Source of the DNA: an uncultured Bacteroidales bacterium
GTDB lineage: Bacteria; Bacteroidota; Bacteroidia; Bacteroidales; Bacteroidaceae
Length of the DNA: 64,000 nt
Assembly: GCA_902787555.1 (NCBI GenBank)
Contig: CADAGO010000018.1
Coordinates: 9,444 to 73,443 of the forward strand
Direction of reading: 5' to 3'
Every line of letters starts with the position of its first letter. Within the stretch, counting starts at the first letter, position 1. The notes beneath the pieces were generated by a model. The model did not search any database, was not told the DNA's origin, and saw only the letters and a list, made by a program, of their open reading frames with translations. Of this stretch, positions 26,382 to 34,030 are shown in pieces. A program made the translations under genes and the position numbers.

Positions 26382-29300
26382 ATGAGAAGAAAGTACATAT
26401 TGTTGCTGATAGGCTGGCTGTTAACGTTAGCCGCCTTTTCATCCGTACACGGTGAGCCTATCGAATCTGTACATGGTGAGCCTGTCGAATCTGTACACGG
26501 TGAGCCTGTCGAATCCGTACACGGTGAGCCTGTCGAAACCGTACCCGACAAGAAGCCTAAAAAGGTGTTGCCGGTACAGGAGAAGGTATACCTGCATTTC
26601 GACAATAACTGCTACTTTCTTGGTGATACCATCTGGTACAAGGCATACGTGGTGCTGGCTGATGACAACTCTCCTGAACCGCTGAGCCGTATCTTGTATG
26701 TGGAGCTGCTGAACGAGCAGGGCTACCTAATGGAGCGCCAGCAGCTTGCTATCAACCAACAGGGACAGGCAGACGGGTGCTTTGCGATTAGTGACACTAC
26801 TTTTGCCGGTTTCTATGAAGTGCGTGCCTATACCAAGTGGATGTTGAACTTTGGGTATGACTATACTAGGCATTGGTATGATTGGCATGGCCATAAACAT
26901 GAAGATTTCGGCTGGGGGAAGAGGGACCTCAACGGCAGTCAATATAGTGGTGATTATGCAGATGTTTTGGCTGACCTTGAGAATCAAGAAAACTATTGGA
27001 AGTATGCAGATATAATAAAAACGAGCGGCTATCATATCCTTCATCTGTCAGAGCAACCCTTGAAAGAGCGATTGGCTGCTATCAATAAGGCAAGACAGAC
27101 AGCAGATGACTTGTACCTCTTGAATAAGTCGCTCGATCCTCACGGGTTACAAAAGATGTACCGTGACTATCATTATCTGTTTTCAAGAGTGCTTCCTGTC
27201 TACAGCCGACCCGATACGGCTGCGAACTACATGCAGAAGATTATGCCGACGAAGATAACGGTAGGAGATTATCGTGTGGACTGGAAAACTCCTGAGTTTG
27301 ACGTAAGGTTCTACCCGGAGGGCGGCTATCTGCTTGAAGGCCAGCAATGCCGGGTGGCTTGGGAGGCTATGAACCAACAGCTGGAACGTCTTAATGTAAG
27401 TGGTGTTTTGCTTGAAGATGGTGAACCGATTGATTCCGTCCGTGCGATTCATGCAGGACGAGGATTGATTACATTGGATGTAAAAAAGGGAAAGAAATAT
27501 AAGGTACGCTTCGAGTTCGCTGACAAGAAATTTACCTTCGACCTGCCTGATGCAGAGCGCGAAGGAGTACGTCTGTGGTTAGAGCAGGATGATGAAGGTG
27601 TGTATATTGATGTCGTACAAGCATTCAGGCAGCCAAAGCAGTTGTATCTAAATCTGTATTGCAGGGGAAAAAGACTTCAATCCTCTCCCCTAAGTTCTTC
27701 CCCTCTGAGGGGGGAGTCAGAGGGGGGCCGAGGGGTTGTCGCCATCTATAAGGAGGACCTTTCCGAGGGAGTGAATCAGGCAGTCGTTGTGGACTCACTG
27801 GGCAATGTGTATGCCGATCGCCTGTTCTTTATCAACCGTCAGCAGGAGTCGCAGGCAAAGATTTCTGTAGCAGGTATCGCAAACCGTCCTTATAAACCTT
27901 TGGAGAAGATTCGACTGAACCTGCTTGCTACCGATGCCAAAGGACGTGCTTTGCAATTCCAGACCTTCTCTGTTTCTGTGAGGGATGAGGCACAGCTCGA
28001 CCCATCGTTTGCTACAGGCAATATCCTGACGAACCTACTTTTAGAATCCGACTTGAAAGGCTTTGTGGAGAATCCCGACTATTATTTCGAGTCGAACGAC
28101 GAGAAACACCAGCAGGCGCTCGACCTGCTGATGCTAGTGCAAGGTTGGAGGCGCTATGACTGGCGATACATAGACAATCCCGAATACTTCCATGTGGACT
28201 ACCTGCCAGAGCAGAAGATGGTGCTATATGGTGATGCTATCCCTTTGAGAACATCGCTGACGGGATTATTCACCAAAGAGAAACGTCCTATCCGCATTGC
28301 CTGCACGATGCTGAACCTTAGTGACGACCTGAAGGAAGGGGACACCTATCTGTTCAATGGAATCGTAGATGCCGATACATCAGGACATTTTCAAATCGCC
28401 TACGAACCATTCCACGGATATGTAAAGCTGGCATTGAGGGCACAATATGCCAAGGGGGATAAAGTGAAAAAGGATAGTGTTCAGGGACATGACCCAAAGA
28501 TATTTGTCAGGAAGCAGGCGTTTTTTCCTCAGTCGCTCAGGGCCTACAGCTGGTATGAGACCTATCAGCCCGACATCGTCAAGGACAAGAAACTGACTTG
28601 GGAGGACTATCAGGAAGACATCTACGCATCGGAGTGGATACCACAGGTGAACATCAAGTCAAAGCGGCGACCACATGCCAAGTTGCAGAAGGACAAACCC
28701 GTAGCTCAGATTGATTTTCTGGAGTTCTTGAATGAATTATGGGATTGGGGACATTATCCACAGATACAATTGTTGGATGGCAAGACAATCTATTTTGACT
28801 GGAGAGAAGAACTTCCACCTCTTCCCGGAGAGACTAAGAGAATATCTAATGATTACGCAGACGTCAGCTATCTCTATCACATTATAGACTACGTGAAACT
28901 TAGATACGAAAATTCAACAAACAATAACGAAACCCAACACTTTGTCATCAACTGGAATGATAACAATTTTGACGAACGAGTTACGTTAATCGAACATCTG
29001 CCGATACTCGACAAGATATACATTGTCAGCGATGCACCCCGGCGGCCTACTCCATTTGAGCATTTTCATCAAGACCGACAGGAAGGCCAGTCTACGACAG
29101 GTGTTGATTCCTACATCAACCTTATCACCTTCCCTGATGACAAGACCCGCATCACGGTAGGTCGTGAATACAACTTCCAAGGATTTACCCGTCCAGTAGA
29201 GTACTACAACCCCGACTATAGCAAAGCCAAACTCCCTGAGATAAAGGACTATCGCCGCACCCTCTATTGGAACCCGAACGTCACGACAGACAACTTCGGA

Positions 29301-29399
29301 CAGGCCAGCATCGAGTTCTACAACAATTCCGTATGCAACATCATCGACGTGTCAGCAGAGGGTATCACAAGATACGGTCAGTTCTTAGTGAATGAATAG
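26382..29399 (+). CDS. Large secreted protein with N-terminal MG2 / alpha-2-macroglobulin-like domain (paralog 1)
   Basis: The ORF track starts at a TTG at 26343; I trimmed it to the ATG at 26382 (MRRKYILLLIGWLLTLAAFS is a signal peptide). QEKVYLHFDNNCYFLGDTIWYKAYV...YVELLNEQG...GFYEVRAYT is an MG2-type beta-sandwich signature (by eye). It shares blocks with 31145..33889: DLLMLVQGWRRYDW and RRTLYWNPN...EFYNNS. Confidence 0.65.
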   Translation: MRRKYILLLIGWLLTLAAFSSVHGEPIESVHGEPVESVHGEPVESVHGEPVETVPDKKPKKVLPVQEKVYLHFDNNCYFLGDTIWYKAYVVLADDNSPEPLSRILYVELLNEQGYLMERQQLAINQQGQADGCFAISDTTFAGFYEVRAYTKWMLNFGYDYTRHWYDWHGHKHEDFGWGKRDLNGSQYSGDYADVLADLENQENYWKYADIIKTSGYHILHLSEQPLKERLAAINKARQTADDLYLLNKSLDPHGLQKMYRDYHYLFSRVLPVYSRPDTAANYMQKIMPTKITVGDYRVDWKTPEFDVRFYPEGGYLLEGQQCRVAWEAMNQQLERLNVSGVLLEDGEPIDSVRAIHAGRGLITLDVKKGKKYKVRFEFADKKFTFDLPDAEREGVRLWLEQDDEGVYIDVVQAFRQPKQLYLNLYCRGKRLQSSPLSSSPLRGESEGGRGVVAIYKEDLSEGVNQAVVVDSLGNVYADRLFFINRQQESQAKISVAGIANRPYKPLEKIRLNLLATDAKGRALQFQTFSVSVRDEAQLDPSFATGNILTNLLLESDLKGFVENPDYYFESNDEKHQQALDLLMLVQGWRRYDWRYIDNPEYFHVDYLPEQKMVLYGDAIPLRTSLTGLFTKEKRPIRIACTMLNLSDDLKEGDTYLFNGIVDADTSGHFQIAYEPFHGYVKLALRAQYAKGDKVKKDSVQGHDPKIFVRKQAFFPQSLRAYSWYETYQPDIVKDKKLTWEDYQEDIYASEWIPQVNIKSKRRPHAKLQKDKPVAQIDFLEFLNELWDWGHYPQIQLLDGKTIYFDWREELPPLPGETKRISNDYADVSYLYHIIDYVKLRYENSTNNNETQHFVINWNDNNFDERVTLIEHLPILDKIYIVSDAPRRPTPFEHFHQDRQEGQSTTGVDSYINLITFPDDKTRITVGREYNFQGFTRPVEYYNPDYSKAKLPEIKDYRRTLYWNPNVTTDNFGQASIEFYNNSVCNIIDVSAEGITRYGQFLVNE
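26442..26544 (+). repeat. 24-nt in-frame tandem repeat x4.3 (SVHGEP[IV]E)
   Basis: The units are tccgtacacggtgagcctatcgaa, tctgtacatggtgagcctgtcgaa, tctgtacacggtgagcctgtcgaa, tccgtacacggtgagcctgtcgaa and a partial accgtac. The array lies directly after the signal peptide. Confidence 0.9.
27696..27728 (+). repeat. 33-nt C4/G6 palindromic element embedded in frame in the MG2-like gene
   Basis: tcttcccctctgaggggggagtcagaggggggc encodes SSPLRGESEGG. It is 28/33 nt identical to the aroB copy, in the same orientation and reading frame relative to its host gene. A half-copy tcctctcccctaag lies just upstream. Confidence 0.6.
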
Positions 29400-29480
29400 A
29401 GATTGATTGTTAAACGACATCACTCAATTCAATCAACAATTACGAAACAATTCACGAAAAATGCGATTAAGCGTTTCTGT

Positions 29481-29511
29481 TCCCCGATAACGGGGGAACC
29501 GTAGGGGGTGC
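29481..29511. repeat. Intergenic element with the same C4-loop-G5-N7-G5 architecture
   Basis: tccccgataacgggggaaccgtagggggtgc has a ttcccc/ggggaa hairpin followed by a second G5 run 7 nt later, as in the two genic copies. Its sequence identity to them is lower. Confidence 0.4.
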
Positions 29512-29656
29512 AAAGACCATTGAAGCAGAGTCGGACTTGTCTGAACGATGCCGAGTGTAAGTATTTTGCGCGAAGTCAAACAAAAGGAATGTATGCACTG
29601 CTGATAGCAATCGCTGTAATGATTGGCATCACAAATCTATAGATTATGTTCAGCTG

Positions 29657-29694
29657 ATTCCCACGCTGGGAATGAAGCGTTCCCAAGGTGGGAA
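29657..29694. repeat. Two TTCCCA-N3-TGGGAA palindromes 22 bp apart
   Basis: The copies are attcccacgctgggaat (29657-29673) and ttcccaaggtgggaa (29680-29694). They lie in the convergent gap between the MG2-like gene and the symporter gene. Confidence 0.75.
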
Positions 29695-29749
29695 TAAAAC
29701 GGCTGTTACCTTTGGGAAAAAGGTGTGTAGTCATACAAAAAGTGTTTTG

Positions 29750-30952
29750 TTAGTTTTGCTTCGTGAGTTTCTGCATGACGATGGCACAAGAGGCATCGCC
29801 TGTGACTGACATCACAGTGCGTCCCATATCTATGATACGGTCGATGCCTGCTGCAATGGCTACGTACTCGACAGGGATGTTGGCTGAAGCAAAGACCATA
29901 GCCATCAGGGCAAGGGAGCCGCCTGGGATGCCAGGGGTGCCAATGGAGGCTATCGTGGCAGAAAAGGCAATGGCGAAATATTGGTTCAGTGTGAGGTCCA
30001 TGCCGCAGCAGGCTGCCATGAATACGGCTGTGGCTCCCAAATAGATGGCTACACCATCCATGTTGATGGTGGCTCCGAGGGATAGGACAAAGCTTCCGAT
30101 ATCTTTACGGACGCCGAGCTGCTCTGTACATTTCATACTATAGGGGAGGGTAGCTACGGATGAGTCGCTGGAAAAGGCAAACAGCATGGCTGACTGCATC
30201 CCCTTGAAGAATTTCCAAGGTGATATTCCTCCTAAAAACCATACGAGTGGGGAATAGACGCAAAGGGCATGGAGGAAGAAGCAGGAATAGGCGAGCACTA
30301 TGAGGGCTGCATACGAACTGAGAACACCTGGCCCATTTTCTACTACAACAGGGGTCAGCATACAAAACACACCGATGGGAGCCATTGCCATGATATAGTT
30401 GAGAACCTTTGAAACAACTTCGTTGAGACTCAGAATAAGCTGCTTTACCGGTTCACCTTTCTCACGTACATGAACTATTGCCACTCCAAAGAGTACAGCC
30501 ATGATGATGACTTGCATCATTGCCATACTGCCGAGCGGCTCAATAATGTTTTGGGGAAACATATTGACGATTTGGTCCATAAAAGTGAGATTATTGTCGG
30601 TCGTCTGCTCTGGGGATGGAGCGACATCTAAGCTAATCAATGGCAGGAAGTCCTTGATAAGTGTAGATACACACAAGCCTAATGTGACGGCAAAGATGGT
30701 GGTGAGGGTGAAATAAATCAATGCACGTATGCCGAGTCGACCAACTTTTGATATGTCGTTCATCGACAGGATGCCTGACATGATAGAGAACAGCACGAGT
30801 GGCACAACGATAAATTTCAGGAGATTGAGGAAGATCAGTCCTAAGGGCTTGATGTAGCTGTCGGCAATCTCTGGGTGTCCCTGTAACAGGACTCCCGCTA
30901 TGACTGCCAATACGAGGGATATTGCAATTTGAGTGGTTAAGGAGAGTTTCAT
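29750..30952 (-). CDS. Dicarboxylate/amino acid:cation symporter (DAACS family)
   Basis: The ORF track starts at 31006; I trimmed it to the ATG at 30952 (MKLSLTTQIAISLVLAV...), because a TAAATTTG -7 box lies inside the longer version. It is a multi-TM protein with DAACS blocks FSSDSSVATLP, GATINMDG and PGIPGGSL. Confidence 0.8.
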   Translation of the reverse strand: MKLSLTTQIAISLVLAVIAGVLLQGHPEIADSYIKPLGLIFLNLLKFIVVPLVLFSIMSGILSMNDISKVGRLGIRALIYFTLTTIFAVTLGLCVSTLIKDFLPLISLDVAPSPEQTTDNNLTFMDQIVNMFPQNIIEPLGSMAMMQVIIMAVLFGVAIVHVREKGEPVKQLILSLNEVVSKVLNYIMAMAPIGVFCMLTPVVVENGPGVLSSYAALIVLAYSCFFLHALCVYSPLVWFLGGISPWKFFKGMQSAMLFAFSSDSSVATLPYSMKCTEQLGVRKDIGSFVLSLGATINMDGVAIYLGATAVFMAACCGMDLTLNQYFAIAFSATIASIGTPGIPGGSLALMAMVFASANIPVEYVAIAAGIDRIIDMGRTVMSVTGDASCAIVMQKLTKQN

Positions 30953-30976
30953 CGTTCGATTGATTATTCGCGTTTG

Positions 30977-30984
30977 CAAATTTA
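30977..30984 (-). promoter_or_regulatory. -7 promoter box TAAATTTG for the symporter gene
   Basis: Plus-strand caaattta is TAAATTTG on the minus strand, 25 nt upstream of the ATG at 30952. Confidence 0.45.
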
Positions 30985-31144
30985 GTAAAAGATAGGCGAA
31001 CGACAAAAGAAATTCGCTATTTTTTGGCGTTAAGACATGTTATCTCTACGACTATTTCATAAAAGATGTAATGAATATGACTGTATGGTTAAACTTTTTG
31101 GCGAAAATCGGGTCTTACATCTAAAAGATGTACATTTTGTAAAC

Positions 31145-33889
31145 ATGAAAAATATATTCTATGGTCTGATGCTGGGCATCAGTATGTATTTATGTGCTGG
31201 AACGATGAACGTTGCAGCACAGACTGGTGATGATAATCCTGAGGTAACACGACTTCTGGCGTATATGCAGCGCGCCATGCGGTTCAACCAGGCTGCACCT
31301 CAAGAGAAAGTGTACCTTCATTTTGATAACACGGGTTACTTCAAGGGGGAGACTATTCGCTTCAAAGCGTATGTAAAACGAATGGATACAAACAAACCAT
31401 CTGGCATCAGTACGGTGCTCTACGTGGAACTGGTTAATCCTATAGGCGATGTGTGTGAGCGCAGAACACTGAAGATAGAGGATGGTGAGGCTGAGGGTGA
31501 CATCAAGTTGGACAGCATTGTGGGTGCAAGCGGATTCTATGAGGTTCGTGCTTTCACACGTTATATGACCAACTGGGGTACGCCGGCAGTCTTCAGCCGT
31601 GTGTTTCCAATCTTTAATAAACCCAAGGAAGATGGCAACTATACGAATGCAGTCATCGACAAGGTTGGATTCCGACACCGATTGCCTAACACACGTGTAG
31701 ATGATGAAGGTAAGGTGGCTGAGTCAACAACCGACTTGGCTCTCAATAGTGTGAAGTTCTATCCGGAAGGTGGTGACTTGGTTCGTGGACTAACGAGCCG
31801 AGTGGCTATTGCGGTAAGCAACAAGGAAGGCAAACACTTAGCGGTGAAAGGAGCATTGCTCAATGCGCAGAAACAGAAGATAGGAACAGTGGAGACGGAT
31901 GAGACAGGACGTGGCGTGTTCGAAGTAGTGCCGATGCTGATGCCTGAGCCGCTGTATGTACAGTTGCCCGACGAGAAGGGCAAGATGAAGGACTATAAGC
32001 TTCCGGAAGCAAAGGAAGAAGGATGTGTGCTGACTCTTGATATGATGGATGATACAGAGATCATAGCCAATATCCATGCTTCTAAAGGTATGCAGGGCAA
32101 GTTGGTTGGCTATGTGATGATGCATAACGGTTCCATTCTGGCTGCAGACACAATGACGGCACAGCCATGGATGGAGCGACGGTTTGAACGACTGTCGTTA
32201 CCGGGCGGTGTGAGTCAGTTCACATTGTTCGACTCGAAAGGGCAGATATTGGCAGAGCGCCTGTTCTTCATCATGCCGTTTGCCACACCTGCTGACAGTA
32301 TCGTAGTGAGCACCAATATGCGCTCGCTTTCACCCTGCTGCAAAATATCGCTTGACATACAATCACAACCAAATTCTTCAATCTCGTTCTCAGCGATGGA
32401 TGCCGCCACGATGACGAACGGTAAAGAGGGAAATATGAAGACATGGATGCTGCTCTCAAGCGAAGTGAGCGGTTACATTGATTCGCCTGACTATTATTTT
32501 GAAGCAGACGACGCTGAGCACCGCCGTGCAGCTGACCTGCTGATGATGATTCAAGGATGGCGCCGCTATGACTGGCAACTGATGTCGGGTCAGAAGACCA
32601 TGACAAAAGTGGAGCCCAACGAGGACGGACTGTATCTGTTCGGCATTCTGCGTTCGCGTAGTAAAAAGCGTGATACGGGTAATGTGGACTTAAGCATGAC
32701 GCTGTTTAATCGCGATGGACAGTCGATGTCGGGCAAAGCCAAGACGGACAGCTTGGGACGCTACTCGTTCAAGATTCCTGATTGCAGCGGTGATTGGACA
32801 GTACAAATCAAGTCAGAGAAGGAAGGTGAGGCACAGAACTACATCATCGAGGTAGATCGTCACTTCTCTCCTGCCATGCGATTGCTGTCGCCATACGAGA
32901 CTGAGATGATGCCGGTAGGGGAGTGCAACTTTTTTAAGGAGACAGCAGATGAACCCGCAGAGGAAGAGTTTGTCAGCATTACGAAGAAAGTGCATGTGTT
33001 GCCAACTGTCAAAATCAAGAGTCGCCGCATCTTGGGCGACCTGCATGTGAATTGGTATGACGAAGACTGGGCACAAAGCAAGGCTTCTGTCTATTACGAC
33101 TGCGATACCTATGCCGATGAGTTGGCTGATAAAGGTGAGGAAATACCGACCTTTGATGAGTGGCTGAAAAGCAAGAACAGCCTTATTGACGGTGTGCCTG
33201 ATCCATTGATATCACATCAGTTTTATGTTCTACCGACTGAAATCGGAAAGGTTGACACGGATGCCGGCAAGGTGATGTTTTTGGCTAAACAAGCGGACGA
33301 AAATGGTTTGAGTGCCGATCACATGAAAGAGAACCTTATGATTAGGGATGGTGTGAAGCCTGTCTTTGGTGATGATAATGGTTTGTCGTATGACAATCGT
33401 CCGATTGTGTGGATTGTCAATAATACGTTCTGCTACATCTCTAACTTAAAATCCACACGACTGACCTTCATGAAGACAAACAACATGACGGGTCTTGTGG
33501 AAAAACCAGAATTCCTCAATGAAGCTAAGTCTGTCTATTTCACAGAAGACCTCACTGTACTGAACGACTATATTCAGTCGACCGATCTTATGGGTATGAA
33601 TCCTGTTATCGCATTTGTCTATACACATCCTTTGTTCTACTTCAAGACCAAGGGACTGCGCAAGACTCACTTCAATGGCTACAATTTGCCGACAAAGTTC
33701 GAGATGGAAGACTATAGTATTCTGCCACCAACAGAGGATTTCCGTCGTACGCTCTATTGGGATGCGAACATCAAGACGGATGCCAATGGAAAGGCAAAGG
33801 TGGAGTTTTATAACAACTCTTCTGCCAAGCAGTTCTTCATCTCTGCCGAAGGAATGACGCCCAACGGACAGTTGTTGATTAGTGAGTAG
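31145..33889 (+). CDS. Large secreted protein with N-terminal MG2 / alpha-2-macroglobulin-like domain (paralog 2)
   Basis: The ORF track starts at 31037; I trimmed it to the ATG at 31145 (MKNIFYGLMLGISMYLCAGTMNVAAQ is a signal peptide). Blocks: QEKVYLHFDNTGYFKGETIRFKAYV, YVELVNPIG, GFYEVRAFT, AERLFFI, DLLMMIQGWRRYDW and RRTLYWDAN...EFYNNS. Confidence 0.65.
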   Translation: MKNIFYGLMLGISMYLCAGTMNVAAQTGDDNPEVTRLLAYMQRAMRFNQAAPQEKVYLHFDNTGYFKGETIRFKAYVKRMDTNKPSGISTVLYVELVNPIGDVCERRTLKIEDGEAEGDIKLDSIVGASGFYEVRAFTRYMTNWGTPAVFSRVFPIFNKPKEDGNYTNAVIDKVGFRHRLPNTRVDDEGKVAESTTDLALNSVKFYPEGGDLVRGLTSRVAIAVSNKEGKHLAVKGALLNAQKQKIGTVETDETGRGVFEVVPMLMPEPLYVQLPDEKGKMKDYKLPEAKEEGCVLTLDMMDDTEIIANIHASKGMQGKLVGYVMMHNGSILAADTMTAQPWMERRFERLSLPGGVSQFTLFDSKGQILAERLFFIMPFATPADSIVVSTNMRSLSPCCKISLDIQSQPNSSISFSAMDAATMTNGKEGNMKTWMLLSSEVSGYIDSPDYYFEADDAEHRRAADLLMMIQGWRRYDWQLMSGQKTMTKVEPNEDGLYLFGILRSRSKKRDTGNVDLSMTLFNRDGQSMSGKAKTDSLGRYSFKIPDCSGDWTVQIKSEKEGEAQNYIIEVDRHFSPAMRLLSPYETEMMPVGECNFFKETADEPAEEEFVSITKKVHVLPTVKIKSRRILGDLHVNWYDEDWAQSKASVYYDCDTYADELADKGEEIPTFDEWLKSKNSLIDGVPDPLISHQFYVLPTEIGKVDTDAGKVMFLAKQADENGLSADHMKENLMIRDGVKPVFGDDNGLSYDNRPIVWIVNNTFCYISNLKSTRLTFMKTNNMTGLVEKPEFLNEAKSVYFTEDLTVLNDYIQSTDLMGMNPVIAFVYTHPLFYFKTKGLRKTHFNGYNLPTKFEMEDYSILPPTEDFRRTLYWDANIKTDANGKAKVEFYNNSSAKQFFISAEGMTPNGQLLISE

Positions 33890-33892
33890 GAT

Positions 33893-33972
33893 AATAGCTT
33901 AATAGCTTAGTAGCTTAATAGCTTAGTAGGTTAATAGCTTAGAAGGTTAATAGCTTAGTAGCTTAATAGGTT
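33893..33972. repeat. Tandem array of ten 8-bp units (aatagctt / agtagctt; 16-bp super-unit x5)
   Basis: The units are aatagctt aatagctt agtagctt aatagctt agtaggtt aatagctt agaaggtt aatagctt agtagctt aataggtt. The array starts 4 nt after the stop of paralog 2 and is rich in TAA/TAG in all frames. Confidence 0.9.
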
Positions 33973-33974
33973 TG
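33967..33974 (+). promoter_or_regulatory. -7 promoter box TAGGTTTG for the aminotransferase gene, formed by the last repeat unit
   Basis: taggtttg matches TAnnTTTG, 57 nt upstream of the ATG at 34031. Confidence 0.4.
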
Positions 33975-34030
33975 TATTATAATTATAAAAGATTATAGGG
34001 TTAGTTGATTAATAGAAGAGGTTAAAAGAT

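Noticed and set aside
26324-26605. 93-aa minus-strand ORF with STGSPCTD repeats
   Set aside because: The repeat peptide is simply the reverse-frame reading of the 24-nt tandem repeat in the MG2-like gene. It also runs backwards through that gene's promoter.
27706-27735. Intramolecular G-quadruplex in the G6/G6/G4 runs
   Set aside because: Only three clear G-runs are present on one strand, so a canonical four-run quadruplex cannot be claimed from the sequence alone. I kept it as a side remark only.
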